Source: Podarcis tiliguerta (taxonomy: Eukaryota). From it: a stretch of 64,000 bases of DNA. The notes under the pieces were generated by a model. That model was not told the origin of the DNA. It was given only the letters and a program-made list of their open reading frames with translations, and made no database searches. The position numbers and the translations under genes are program-made. Every line of letters begins with the position of its first letter. Position 1 is the stretch's first letter. Location of the stretch: NCBI GenBank assembly GCA_965153285.1, contig OZ229110.1; one strand, 5' to 3'. Positions 13,512 to 26,900 of the stretch are shown one piece after another.

Positions 13512-14873
13512 TAATTGGTCTGGTCAGTCTCATTAGGGTATGTGAGAGCACTTCGTATAAAATCACATAAACATGATGGAATTAGGCATCTTGGAATTTC
13601 GGAGTAACTGGGTTTTTGTGTGTGCAATCTGGATTCTTGTATACCTGTTTTGGGGGCTAAAAATGGACTGTTGGTGCCCTTCTTCTTGGCGCCAGAGTCT
13701 ACATATCCATTTCTAATCTCTATAAGATTCCTAGGTTCTGGGCAAATTATTACAGTAATACTGCATGTTGCTCTGTAATCATATCTACTCTGTCAGCACC
13801 ATGATTCCCTTTCAGTCTTGTATCTTCTGTATCACTTTCTAAAATCCTATTTGTTCCTTTTGTGTTTGGAGAAAGTGGATATAGCACTTTCCCAGAACAT
13901 GGCTAGTATTGTACAATAAGTGCTCTTCCACGGTTATTCACGCATACGAGTCTTATCAACAATACAAGAATTTCATACCACCATTCTTTCAGTATATTAA
14001 AATAAGAACCTTCTTGAACAAACTGGAGCAAAATTAGGAAATTAGGGAACAGAAAAAAGAATGTGAGAAATTGATCAATAAGCAGCAAGTTAAATGGTTT
14101 CCCCAGTATATTAGATGTTGACATAAACATAACACAGTAATACATAGGTATATTTTATAATGGGACCAAAATTTGCATGTGGAGATTCTGGAGGAAGTAT
14201 AGAGTTCTTTTTAATTCAGTGTACTGTAGGCTCAAATTTTACAGTAGCCACAAATTAGAGAGAATTCTATCAAAATTGTATTTCTGGGGCATTGGTCACA
14301 GGGATGGCTGAGTCAAATTCCAGTATGTTGTCGTTTAATTATAAAAGCCAGAATTCCCAAACTGTGGTATACCAGTGGTCCATGAACTTCATTCAGGTAA
14401 CTTACACACTGGCACAAGGAGACGTGTCTCACTGGTTTCCCACCCCTTTTCCAGTTTGTTTTTACTCCTGTGATATATCCCAAAGGATGCCGTCCTCCCT
14501 TTTCTCAGAGAAAATAGGAATGTTTTACTTATGGTAAATGTCTGTTATTGAGGGGTAGGAAGGAAAGCAAACATTGATTGGCTGAGTTTGCCTCATCTTT
14601 CCAGAGACAGGCGCACAAGGCCTTCTAGGTTGTAATTTTTATTTCTGTGCTTATTGAGAATTCTTTGTAGGGACCCAGTTGACACTGAATATATATTCTT
14701 TTCTGGTTATTGATATTATTACAGTATCCTAGAGTTCCTGTGCTTGGTGTGGGGGAAGAGGAGGACTCCTGCGAAAGAGTATTATGAGTTATACATATCC
14801 CACATATCTCAAATGACAACTTGCATTATCAAGCCTACCCTTTCCATCAGGTGGAAGAGGAGAACAGCAAATA

Positions 14874-15115
14874 CAGTGGTACCTTGGGTTAAGTACTTAA
14901 TTCGTTCCGGAGGTCCGTTCTTAAGCTGAAACTGTTCTTAACCTGAAGCACCACTTTAGCTAATGGATCCTCTTGCTGCTGCCGTGCCGCCGGAACACAA
15001 TTTCTGTTCTCATCCTGAAGCAAAGTTCTTAACCTGAGGTACTATTTCTGGGTTAGCGGCGTCTGTAACCTGAAGCGTATGTAACCTGAAGCGTATGTAA
15101 CCCGAGGTACCACTG
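14874..15115. mobile_element. Tc1/mariner-type MITE
   Basis: CAGTGGTACC..GGTACCACTG TIRs, TA TSD, internal TAACCTGAAGCG repeats. Confidence 0.9.
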
Positions 15116-15378
15116 TACAAGCTTTGTCTATTCATTGTGTGAGGGTGTAGTCCATAATAAACAAATGGTTGAAATTTGGTACATTTTAGCACCGCTAAAA
15201 TAGCATGAATCATTTGGTGAAGGTGCTTCCCCCGCCCCCTCTTGTAGGAGGGCTGTTCACTGGCAAAAACTCATATAGCTCCTTGAGCAACAAGAGAGGT
15301 CTTTAGGCCTGCTCTCTCTCTTTGTATGCAGGCTGATTAAAACGTAAAACTTTTAAAATGGATCCTTTCTCACTGCAG

Positions 15379-15577
15379 GACCCTGGAGACGGACAACTTT
15401 GCCTGGGAAGGAGATACAGAGAACTGCATACGCAGTAAATTGATAGGAGGCCAACCAGGGCTTCCCAGGGCCCCGCCAAGTGCCGGCAGCTATCAGCTTC
15501 ATTTTGCCCTGCAGCAGCTCCAACAGCAGAAGCTTCAGTCTCGGCAGCTTTTGGACCAGAGCCGAGCCCGGCACCAG
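15379..15577 (+). CDS. TTLL5: Tubulin polyglutamylase TTLL5, C-terminal-region exon
   Basis: ctgcag|G ACC...CACCAG|gtaact; 199 nt; [15 protein letters not shown]...[32 protein letters not shown] matches the recalled mammalian TTLL5 C-terminus; TTLL5 is the syntenic tail-to-tail neighbour of TGFB3. Confidence 0.93.
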
Positions 15578-18500
15578 GTAACTTAAGATGAGTGAGTCCG
15601 TCTTGGAAGATGTATCATTGTTAGATTCCAAACCCATTCCGAATAGATCAGTGTTCAAAATAAAGCGAAATGCTGTAAATAAAGCACCCATACCCAATTT
15701 TGTTCAATTGCACAAATTATGCAGGTTTACGTAAATGCATTTTGATTTGCATAGCTACTTCCCTGTTTCTTCCAACCCCTACAAATTGTAAATGGCAACG
15801 GAGAGCTTTAAAGAGGAATGGGCCTGTGCAGAAAGCCACACCATCTGATCACAAGCATTTACAGGAAATGCCGCCTACAAACCTTTAGTCTTTTCTTCAT
15901 CATCAGAAGCCAAAATTTTAAAGAATCACAATCCAGGTTTTTTTGTGATTGTGTTATAGCCCCACAGACTTCTCTCAGACTTGAACTAATAATTTTAAGT
16001 GGATAAGGCACAGAATGGAAGCAAATTAATAATCTCTCCCCATATTTGCTTATTCTGAAACAACATTCACTCAACTGCACATCTTACACGCTATTACTTA
16101 GCCTTGCTTTTATAAGCATATTTTCTAATCCCCTCTCCCATAAACCCATAAGCATTAGGTACACAAATAAGCTGAAGAATAACTTAATGGCACAGTTTCA
16201 CAACGGATTCTGGAAAGCAAACATATAGAAAAGATCCCTTGTTGTTCAGCAGTCCCCGCTTGGTTGTTAGGACCCACTGTGTACTGTCCCTCCATTTGTA
16301 CTCCCCTCTGTACTAGCAGAGCAGAAATAGTCGGCACATTTTTAATCTTTTATCCAAAGGGCTCCACGTGGGCAGTGCTCAGCTCAGGGTAGCCCTGTGA
16401 GCAAAGCTGTGTCTGTAGGGGGGTTGAAGGGGGCCGTGCTGCCTGGCTGATCCCTCTTCTAATTGCTGACATTGAGATGATGTTGTTCTTGGCTTGGGGC
16501 AAAGCCATTACTCAGGAGTTTCTGTTAAAGTGATTCTTTGTTAAACCTCTGCTTGCATCCCCCGCACTCCTCCTCCTTCCCTCCAAGCACAGCCGTTCAG
16601 AGTTGTAGTTACAGAGATCTTTGCCATGCCGCAGGCTCAGGCAACACTGAAGTTTCCATTATTGAAGAAAGGGGGTTGTTCAGCGGCAGAGGCTCTCACA
16701 GCACACACTGTAGGTTAATTTAGTTAAACATAAGATCAGTATAATTTAAATGTCGAAAAGCAACAAAATATAAATGATCTGGCTTTGCCCTTAGTAACCA
16801 GCGGGGTTTGCCATAAATCTACATGCTGACATCAGGCTGCAGCAAAAATCCACGTAGCCACTGCCACCATAACCTATTAATTCGTTATATGTACTATTCA
16901 AGTTTCACAAATCATTAAGTAATAGTTTAAAACATGAATTAAAGAATATAAAGAAGGGCGTTATAATGCATGTGTAATAGGTTTCGATGTACAAGACCAG
17001 AATTCATTCGCTCTTTGCCCATGGCCTTGTATAGCCCTGGGCAAGTAGCTTTTTCTTTAACCTCGGTTCTTTAAATTCTAAAATTGAAAACTTAATTATT
17101 GATGTCCCAGGATGGTTGTGAGAGTAAAACACATCATTTATATAGAAATTGGCAGATAAATGCTCCGTAAGTTATTAATAATGTTCAAGTATTAATTTCC
17201 TCTCACAAATTAATAGTGTGCTTGGATTTTAGGTGGGTCACGTTTGATAAATTCATCTTTTTCTTTGTTTTTAGGCAGGTTCCCTTTCAGTTTTGTAGAG
17301 ATCCCGATTATTTTCACTACCTCCTATTCCATTGTAACAATAGGGCTGCCATGTTGGCCACTGAAGTGTAGAGATTGTTCAAAGTTGCATTTCCTTGCTT
17401 TTGAATTATCTAAATCACAGATGGGGGACCTCAGGCCAGGGGATCAAATGCTTCCCTGCAGCACTCCCTGTTTGGCCCTTGGGACTCTCTCCAGAGCTTA
17501 TTTCCTCCCCAGTCACACCCCACATCCCATGCTATACCGCTTATCAGCCCTGTTGGACTGGAACGTGCCCCTTTGGTTGATAAAAATTATCCATCCTTGA
17601 TTTAAATTGTTCAAACTGTGAGTCCTACATAAGCTCATTTCTCAAACTGTGTTTTTGATAATGTTGTTTGTATCATGAAAGATTTTTAGGTGAAGCATCC
17701 TGCTAAAAGAAAAAGACTATGCACCAAAGCACACACTTTCCTGGCTCAGTTTCTGCTTTAGAATATAAAGCGCAACAGCCATTCAATGACTACATGGAAT
17801 TCTCTCTTTATTTCCCTTCTGATCACGCTCAATATGCTTTTTCTTACTGCTATCCTCATTCTTAACTTTCTTCTCATTCTTTAGTTTGTTCCTAGGGTGG
17901 TTTATGTTTGCCATTTTCAGGGTCCTTTAGCCTTTGGTCCACAGTGCCATAACTTATTTTGGAAAGAACTTCAGTCATACACATAGAAAAATCATGCCAG
18001 GAATGTATTTAATGTATTTTTAGTGTAACAGCTGAGAAGAAGGAATGGGGGTTGGCTTTTCTGGCTCATAGCTTGGGAACTCCTGGTTCAATCTTTTCTT
18101 CAGTGTGTGTCTCTCCCTCCACTTTCCCCCTTCTTTCTTTTTTCCATTCCCTCTTTATTTCTTCTCATAAATCAGTGACCCTCAAAGAGACGTTTTTCCC
18201 CATTTTGAGTTCTGTATAATGCCTAGGATATAAATCTCAAATGGAAGCAGTATCCATGCAATCTGACATGGAGAGTGTAAGTGAGAATTGTTGATTTGCA
18301 TTCTTCAGACAGGGCTATTGGAAAACAGCGGGTTATCTGGCAGTGGGAGAGTCTGGTTTATATTGTAAAAGCTTGCTTTTGTTGCTGAGTTCTGCAAGAG
18401 CCCTTTGCAGAGGAAAGTTCCTCTGTGTTCTGCAGCCAACAGAATTGCTTCTGGTTCTTAGAGCACTTAGGATATTTCTGCATCAGAATGGCTCCTGTTG

Positions 18501-18619
18501 CAGGGGAACAGCAGTAACTCAGTTTCAGAGCACGTGCTTTTCACTCCAAGTCAGTGTAGATGGTACTGAACTAGATGGAGCAATGTCCACCTTGAGAAAC
18601 TTTTAGGAAAAATGCAATT

Positions 18620-19040
18620 AAGAAGTGACATAGAAGTTTGTAAAATTGTGCATGGCGTTGAGAAAGTGAATAGACTTTCATAATGCTAGAACTCACTGAC
18701 ATCCAATGAAACTGAATGCTTGAAGATTCAGGACAGATTAAAAAAAATACTTCTTTGTGCGGCGCGTCGTTAAATGATAGAACTTGCTCCCACAGGAGGC
18801 AGTGATGGCCACCAGTCTGAATGGCTTTAAAAGAAGATTGGAAAATTCATGGAGAAGAGGGCTGTGCTCTGCCTCCGCAGTTGGAGGCAGTAATACGTCT
18901 GGACACCACAGGAGGAAAGAGTGCTCTTGTGTTCAAAGCCTGCTTGTGGGTTTCCCACAAACATCTGGTTGACCACTGTTTTGAGAACAGGATGCTGGAC
19001 TAGAGGGGCCATTGATCTGATCTAGCAGGCTCTTCTTACA
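18620..19040 (+). mobile_element. Old CR1-type LINE 3' end
   Basis: Degenerate EVxKIxHG..RFRT.. ORF2 end and 3'UTR ..GGATGCTGGACTAGA..GATCTAGCAGGCTCTTCTTA; a related tail lies on the minus strand at about 4945-5120. Confidence 0.7.
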
Positions 19041-19149
19041 TAGCTGCTATTGCATCTGTGGCTGTGTTGTTTCAATCAATGCCAGAGTTCTGATGGCATT
19101 CAGGGGAAGAGTGAGGTAGTCCTACTAAATGAAAAGAAAAGTGGAAGTA

Positions 19150-19373
19150 CAGTGGTACCTCGGGTTACAGACGCTTCAGGTTACAGACTCCGCTAACCCA
19201 GAAATAGTACATCGGGTTAAGAACTTTGCTTCAGGATGAGAAATCGTGCGGCGGTGGCAGCGCGGCGGCAGCAGGAGGCCCCATTAACTAAAGTGGTTCT
19301 TCAGGTTAAGAACAGTTTCAGGTTAAGAATAGACCTCCGGAACGAATTAAGTTCTTAACCTGTGGTACCACTG
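19150..19373. mobile_element. Tc1/mariner-type MITE (same family, opposite orientation to 14874 copy)
   Basis: TIRs and TA TSD; body is the reverse complement of 14874-15115. Confidence 0.9.
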
Positions 19374-20554
19374 TATGAGTCCTCCTACTGGACTAGGCAT
19401 GCAGGGTCTTCAAGGCATTTCTCCCGCTCTCTATACTAACTGGCAGAGCAAAAGCAAATTCCTCAACCCACTCTAAAGCAACCCGATTAGATCCTTCTGA
19501 AGACACCACTCGTAAGGACAAAACTGAAGAATCACAGGAAGAACAGCAGAATTCCACTGCAGAATTAAAGAGTACAAGAAGAGAGAAACAAGAACTCTAA
19601 ACTTTATGTGCAGTATGTAGGATGCTGGCAAAAGCTGTGACTAGCACACCATAATCCGGAGAGCAGCCACACGGGAAGGAGAGGTGGGTGCAATGTGCTC
19701 CAACCCCACCTTCAAACAGAAATTCTGTTTTTTGCTGAATAGGTCTGGAGCCTACTCCTAAGGCAGATAGAAGAGACCAGTACCTCCTGAGCCAAGCGGG
19801 CTTCCTCTATAAGGTCCTCCTATGGCAAAACCCTCTTGGAGGACTTTCCTGTCAAATGTTGCATCAACTGAGAAAAATTGTCTCTATTTTCTAGTGTTTT
19901 ACAAAAGTGTGCAGTGAAGCCCAAGTAGTCACCTTGCAGATATACAAAACAGGGGAACCCCTCTTGCAGGCAGTCAGAGTGGCGGCCCTCAACAAATAAT
20001 GCACAGTTGTTTCCCAGGAGTGCGGTGGAGCAGGGGGCTTACCCAAAGCAACATGCAAGGGAACAGGAAGCCATGAGCTCAAATGGAGCACTGGCCAGGG
20101 CAAATAGTACCCCATTGAGATTCCAAGTGGGGAATCTATGAATGACCTTGGGAGACAAGCCAGCCACAGTTCTATTGGTTCACCTTCATGTGGCAGCGGG
20201 GCTGCAGAGGAGGTGGTAGATCCAGACTCTGAGGAGCATGCAGCAGCTGCTGCTGGCACTGTGGTGGTGGTGGAGGCAGGCAGTGCTTTCCTCGGAGGCT
20301 GGATCTGCTGCCCCTGTAGATTCTGCCACCCAAGGTAGTTGCCTCATGTCACCTCATGGGTGGCTCACGGTTCAAAAGTAAACTTGTAGATCTATTACAT
20401 TTTTATCTCACCCTTCCCCCAAAGTGTTCAGGGTAGCAAATGTGGTCCACATCCTCCTTCTTAGAAGAGAGAATAGGAAAAACAGTCTAAAGTAAACTTA
20501 GAGCAGCCCAGAATGGTTGGGGCAACCCAGTCTGATGAGCAGGGTACAAAAGAA

Positions 20555-20593
<39 letters not shown>

Positions 20594-20632
20594 CATCATC
20601 ATTATCATCATCATCATCATCACCATCATCAT
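20555..20632 (+). repeat. Compound microsatellite (TAT)n(CAT)n
   Basis: Seen directly; probably an expanded retroelement tail. Confidence 0.95.
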
Positions 20633-21677
20633 TTCCAAAGTATGGTACTTAGACAAGCTTTGAGACTCCTTCGGGTAGTGATAAAGCGGGATATCAAATC
20701 CAAACTCTTCTTCTTCTGTGGCACTCATTTAGCGCAGGATATTACAATCGCTAAACAACAGACAGAAAAATCATTAAGACCTGCAGCAATTTTCAATTGG
20801 TCCAAGGCCATGTGTGTGGAGTTTGTGGACAGCTGGCTTAGATTTTTTATTCTTTTCTAGAATTCTCAAGAAATATGGACTCAGCAGTTATAATGACTAA
20901 TGCAAAAGGATTACAGATTTGACTGATTTCTGTCGGGAGCACTGGGAAAGCAGAAGGGTTGGGAGAAGGGCAAAGATTCAAAAGAGAGGACAGTGAAAGG
21001 CAGGTTGCATTAAGATTTGATAGTGGTAGAAAGAATTTTTAACTCCACTCCATTGGTTGGAAGCAGGGAAGATTAATTCAAACGGCAGTATTTTCTACAG
21101 CCTGATGTACATAGAACTTACCACTCGAAGCTCAGATATGGTAATTTATAAACAATTGGCATTTACAAATTAATTCTTGGGAAGATTCCATTTGGCTGTC
21201 AGTTTCTATAGTCTCTACCCCATTATGTGTGTGGGGGTAGTTAGGCCTAGAATATTTTCCAATATATTTCACATGAGAAATAACATAAATCAAAACAATA
21301 CCAGTCCAACCCTATAACAACTTAATGCTTGTTGGAAAAGTTCACATTAAATGTGATACAATCCATGCTGCAGAATATCTGGCTCCCTCTGGATTGTTTT
21401 ATTCAACAGCTAGTTGCTTGTTTTCTTCAATTTTCTGGGCTGGCAAACTACTGTTTGCTGACCACGAAATACTAATTGTGTTAGCAGAAAATCTGGTGTG
21501 TCCCTCCCCCCTCCAATGAGATTGTTCAAGAGGAGCAGTAAGCAAACTAAATGCATCACTTTAGCCTTAGAGCAGGACTCTGATTTGTCAGTTTAAAAAA
21601 TGGTTGTGTTTGTACTGCATTTGGCACTCCTTAGAAGCTACAGATCTCTGACATATTAAATATTGCTTGGGACAACT

Positions 21678-21828
21678 CATAGAATAATAGAATTTGTAGA
21701 GCTGGAAGGCGCGATGAGGATCAAGTAGCCCAACACTCTGCAATTCAGGAATCTTTTGCCCCATGTGGGGCTTCAACCCACGACCCTGAGATTAAGAGTT
21801 TCGTGCTCTACTGTCTCAGCTATCCCAG
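21678..21828 (-). mobile_element. tRNA-Lys-derived SINE with CR1-type tail
   Basis: Minus strand: GGATAGCTGAGACAGTAGAGCACGAAACTCTTAATCTCAGGGTCGTGGGTTGAAGCCCCAC (tRNA-Lys(CTT)-like) fused to a CR1 3' tail. Confidence 0.75.
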
Positions 21829-22594
21829 GCCCTGTTGATGGAGAAACATGGGCAGCAAACGAATAGTTCTGTACGTATCTGACTGTTTTTATGCCTGAAT
21901 TGCTCTTGCGTCCTTCCCTCATTGCACCTGATCCATGGCAGATGAAAGCTTCTTTCTCATTTTTCTTCCCCATTTATCTGTGTCAAGATTTCCCCAGCTC
22001 TGGCTTCTTTTGCTGTGTGGTCAAACCTCTGACTTCACTTGCTGCTGTCTTGTTTGCAGAGTAGCTTCCCCTGGCTTCCTAACATACACTAAGGGGGCTC
22101 ACAGTGGGATAGCTTTCTTTGAAGCTGAATCCAGAAGCTCAGGTCATTCTGTATGCTGGCTAGAGTGTAGAACAGCCAGGATTACAGCACACCAGAGAAA
22201 CAAAAGCCTTTTGGATGTCTGCTGCCCCCAAGAAAAACAGTCCTGACCTTTCTTCAGCCTCTGACAGTCACGCTGTTAGAAGCTGCTTTGTTGACTCTTC
22301 CCACTGGGTGATAGAACTCCTCGTCTGCATGCAATTAGAGAAGATGCAAAGGCAGCACTGAGCAATAATCTCGCAAACATCAGGAATCTTAAGGCTCTAA
22401 ATATTGGAGAAGAGCATAAATTCAATTACTTTTTCATTGCACAGTGAACTATAGAACAAGGTGTTTGTAAAGTTAGTATTGCATTGTAAATTTCAAGTAG
22501 AAACGGTCTGGCTGGATAACATAACATCTACTTCCTTACCTAGTCATAGAAGGCAGATTAAATCTACGTTTCTTTCTTTCTTTTTTTTTGCTAG

Positions 22595-22815
22595 GCTCTG
22601 TTTGCTAACTTCCCAACATCCACCATCAGCTCTATGACCCTATCAACTAATTCTGGTGCCCACAGGACATCAAGTGCCATTTCTAGCAGCCAGAAGGTAC
22701 CGAACCTGAATAAGGTGATGCCATCCCAGAGTGCATCTTCAAACTTGATCCCTAAGCCCCCAGCCAACCATAGACAAGCAGTTATTAGGAAGGTGGCATC
22801 TCAGAGGATTTCCAA
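22595..22815 (+). CDS. TTLL5: TTLL5 next coding exon
   Basis: Long polypyrimidine tract, ctag|GCTCTG...TCCAA|gtaagt; 221 nt; ALFANFPTSTISSMTLSTNSGAHRTSSAISSSQKVPNLNKVMPSQSASSNLIPKPPANHRQAVIRKVASQRISK; phases fit neighbouring exons. Confidence 0.9.
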
Positions 22816-23032
22816 GTAAGTTTGTGTTCCTGAAACAGAACTCGCTATTGAAAGATGTTGATGGAGAAACATTGGCAGTAAATGACTAACTTTTCCTTGG
22901 TGGGGGGGCGGTGTCCTGATTGTTTGATGTAACTGTATTAGATAAATTTTAAGAACTGTTTTTTGTTGTTTTTTTTTTCGTTTGAGGAAGGTGGGGGAAA
23001 GAGTAACCCAAATAAGATGTATTGCTGTACAC

Positions 23033-23168
23033 CAATGATGGCCAAACTTGGCCCTCCAGCTGTTTTGGGACTACAGTTCCTATCATCCCTGACCACTTGT
23101 CCTGTTAACTAGGGATGATGGGAGTTGTTGTCCCAAAACAGCTGGAAGGCCAAGTTTGGCCATCACTG
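23033..23168. mobile_element. Palindromic hAT MITE
   Basis: Fold-back sequence with TSD ctgtacac/ctatacac; related copies at about 23178-23315, 6250-6340, 6810-6950, 30910-31040 and 53930-54000. Confidence 0.8.
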
Positions 23169-23571
23169 CTATACACTACGGCAGCCTTTTTCAACCTTGG
23201 GTCCCCAGGTTGTTGGCCTACAGCTCCCATCATTCCCGACCCACTGGTCCTACTAGCTAGGGATGATGGGAGTTGTAGTCCAACAACATCTGGGCACCTA
23301 AAGTTGAGAAAGGATTTACTATGGCATACAGCCAGGGTGGGGAATCTATTTCACCCCAAGGGCTTGATTCACACTTGACCAAGCTTTTGGAAATCACAAC
23401 ATCACAAAACAAACATGCACAAAATAAATTTGCATGCACCAAAAATGCAGAGAGACAGTGCACACACAGAGCAGGCATGCAGGGACACAGGGCCACGTAC
23501 ACACACCATTTCCAGCCCTCCTCTCCAGGGGTGGAGGTGGCTAGCAAGATCCCTCTGCCTGCTCTTTAGAC

Positions 23572-23998
23572 CAGGGGTCAGCAAACCTTTTTAGGAGGGG
23601 GCTGGTTCACCGCCTCTCAGACCTTGTGGCGGGCCGAACTGCGCACACGCACACACATGTGCACATATGCACGCTGTGGAGGGGGGCTTCTCTCCCCCCC
23701 CCTGCTTTCCCACCTCCTGGGCTGCGCCTCAGCGCGCGGGCAGCGAGGCTTTGAATTGGCTGGCACCAATTAAAGCAAGCTCCCTTTCTCCGCAGGGCGG
23801 GAAGAAGCCAGGAGGAGGAGGGAGGAGGTGCTGCCATGGTGTGTGTGGGGGGGAAGGTGCCCCCCCCAAATTGCAAAAAAATGGCACAGCCTGAACGATC
23901 ACGCCGATCCAAGTGGTGATTCCAGGACCGTGCACGGGCCAGATCCAGCAGGCAATTGGGCCTGATGCGGCTCACGGACCTCAGTTTGCCGACCCCTG
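23572..23998. mobile_element. hAT (Charlie-like) MITE
   Basis: TIR CAGGGGTCAGCAAAC/GTTTGCCGACCCCTG, perfect 8-bp TSD ctttagac. Confidence 0.9.
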
Positions 23999-26900
23999 CT
24001 TTAGACAGTATCACTAAAGAGCAGACAGGGATTTCCCCCCCCTTCCAGCCTTACCACTATGTACCACAGTACTAAGTCTGGAGATAGAGTAAAACTCAGC
24101 CTTGCTTCCTAGCCCCACTCCAACGTTGGAGTGGGAATAGGCGGAAATTCTGTTTTTTTAATATTAAAGAGCAGTCAGACCACTTATCTGCAATTTTAGC
24201 TCTATGGTGCTTAGTGCTAAAATTGGAAATAAGAAATCTGCCTGCCTTCTCTTTATTTCCAATCTCCATATGATTAGTAGGTGTGCAGGACACAGTGGGA
24301 CAGACATGGCAGGCTGTCAAAAGTTCCCCACTTCTAGCATTCATCCTGCTAGGACCTCATTGCACACTTCACTTTCTGTACATTGTTTCTTTGTCATGGA
24401 TTTCTAATACATTACTTTTGAGCCAACAAAACTTTGCATTTCTGTATTGTGATGTATGCTTGTTCTGATCTTTGTCTGTGTTTGAAAAAATAATGTGTAA
24501 TTTAGCCATTATCCTGTATCATTCTTACTTGTATTTAATGCTACAAAGAAAGCTTTAAAAACAAATTATCTTAAATACATATAGAAGTGTATTCTTATCT
24601 CCCGGTACTGGTGATATGTTTTATTTCCTGCAGTGTGATAGACTGCTTTTGTAACTTCTGTAGACTCCTAACAAAAACCTTAACTGTTGATGTTTTAAAT
24701 GTGAGAACAATTTCATATTGTATTGTTCTCAGTTTTTAGTTTCAGTAGAGTTTCTGGAGAGGTATTGAAATCATTGTTGCTTGTAAACTTGTCATCTTTC
24801 TATTTTTATGGAGGTCATTAAGTTGGAGTCTGACTTATCTTTCCTTGACCATTTTGTTATTTTGTGCTCCATCATGCTGCTTCTTGCTTGTCTCTTTCCT
24901 AGACTAAACAATCTCATTATTTCATTATTCTCAGTCTCTCATTATACAGAAGCCTCTCCAAGCTCCTCGTAAATTATATTATCTATCTTTGGAGATATTG
25001 AGTTGCATTATAAATCTTTATTGTTGTAAATTGTGAGGTTTGCTTCGCTTCCCCCAGTCTATAGGACTAGGCAGCCTTCACATCAGGTGAAATATGCGTC
25101 GCTGCAGTGATGGGTGCATCAGTGTGCAGCATCCTGTGAAGTAATAAGGACCCATAGGGATGGAAGGACCATCCTGTTAAAGGGCTTCTTTAATCCTTAG
25201 GATGGTGCTTCCTCTGGAGCACATAAACACAGCCAGGAGGAGGAGCCACCAACGTTTCCTGACCAGCAATGTCTCACATGTCTATCAGCCAGGGCCAAAA
25301 TCTGTATTAAGAGCCCAACTCCTTAGTATAACCCTTCTCCAGCGGTTTTTAAATTGTATGAATTTCCCTAAAATGCACAGTTGTATACACTTTGTATATC
25401 AGCATTTTTTAAACTTAAACTGCATTGCAAAAAGTGGCACAACACACCATCTGCTTAATAACTACATTCTGGTCTTCTTAAAGACTGAGAGTTTTGAATT
25501 TGTTTGATCTGATGGTGGACCAAAGAAAATCCTTCTCCATCCCCGCTGCCTGTTATGGTTGTTAGGAACCTTCTAGCACTTAAGCATACTAATATTTGGT
25601 AGCCTGGTGTATCTAAGCCTCCACCCCAACCCCACACAATGTAAGTGTGTGTCTGCATGGCTTCTCTTTTAACAAGGTGTCTATGTAGCACAGTTGTTGT
25701 TTGAAAAATACAAGAGACTAGGGAGGAATTCCCAACAATGAACAGGTATGGCCACTGCCTCTTCTGTTTCATAGAAGAGTGTAAGACGGAGAACTGTGTT
25801 CACTGCCAAACATTGCAAATGATTCCTACGTGCGAACGTACTGTGAGTACGAACAAGAGCCCAAAATTCCTTCCCTGACCATCCAACTCTGAGATTAGTG
25901 CACTGTCATTAGAGCAGTGTCATTGTTCCTTTCTTTCTGGTCACAGGTTTTTAGATTATTGTTCCATTAGAAGGATTGCCCCTTCAATTTTTATACATTA
26001 ACTTTCTTTTCACCTACCATGAGCCTCTGAGATAAGATGGACTACTAGTTGAAATATTTTTGAGACTAATCCTCCAGACACATTTTAAAATGGGATCCAG
26101 GTGTTAATTAAATTGGTCAGTTCAACTAGTACAGATAGCCATACCTGTTTCGATAGTCCTGTGCTGATAACAGTTTTTGTTTGACTCTCCCGTCCTGGGG
26201 GTGATGCATGTTAGTTCAGGTGACAAGCCTTTTCAGTGAGCTTGTCTGCCAAGCAGCAAGATGTGTGTTTGAAGATGCCGGTGTGCTGTACTCACATATT
26301 GGCAGGGAGAATGTTTATCCTTGTGAGATGGAATTGCAGCTCCTTGGACAGACTTGACTTTACTGCGTTCTTGTGGTTTCTGCTCTGTGACAGGCATAAG
26401 TGTGGGAAAACCGGAAAAAGCTCAGCATCGAAAATGCATAGAAGGGTGAAAAAAGTAAAAGATTCCTTCACAATTTCAGAGTGTAGTCCAATTACTGAAG
26501 GCTGCAAGGAGCCATTCCGGAAATACTTTCTGAGTTGCTGTTCAGACTCTAGCATAAGTCTCCAAGTCTATTCTTGCAATTTGTGGGATCATATACTGAC
26601 TTTTCTCAGTTACACGGAAATGAGAGCTCCCAATATATTCCAGAACAACTGGGGGATTGACCACATCCAAACCTCTTTCACTGATCTGTGTGTCCTTTTG
26701 TATTGTCCAGTTTGTCTTTCTTACAGAATCAAGGGGGGGGGGACACAGCTCATGTTTTGTATGCAAGAGAGATTCCCTTTTACTAAAAAGCAATTCAAAT
26801 GAAAACTACTTCTTAGGTGCTTCAAGGCTTATGCTTTCCATTGTTCTTCAGCTGTTTAATACAGACCATTTGTTCTTTGTTGGTATTTCCAGCCTTTTGA

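Noticed and set aside
1-15378. Further upstream TTLL5 exons
   Set aside because: I could not find the expected preceding peptide segments by eye; they probably lie left of the window, though a diverged exon cannot be excluded without spliced alignment.
20498-20860. Poly-Y/H and poly-I/M ORFs
   Set aside because: Translations of the (TAT)n(CAT)n microsatellite.
21760-21830. tRNA-Lys-like sequence (also about 39435-39499) and tRNA-like SINE heads
   Set aside because: Mutated stems and fusion to retroelement tails indicate SINEs, not functional tRNA genes.
26236-26802. 188-aa ORF and overlapping frames
   Set aside because: Random-looking composition; the TTLL5 exons on either side join in phase without it.
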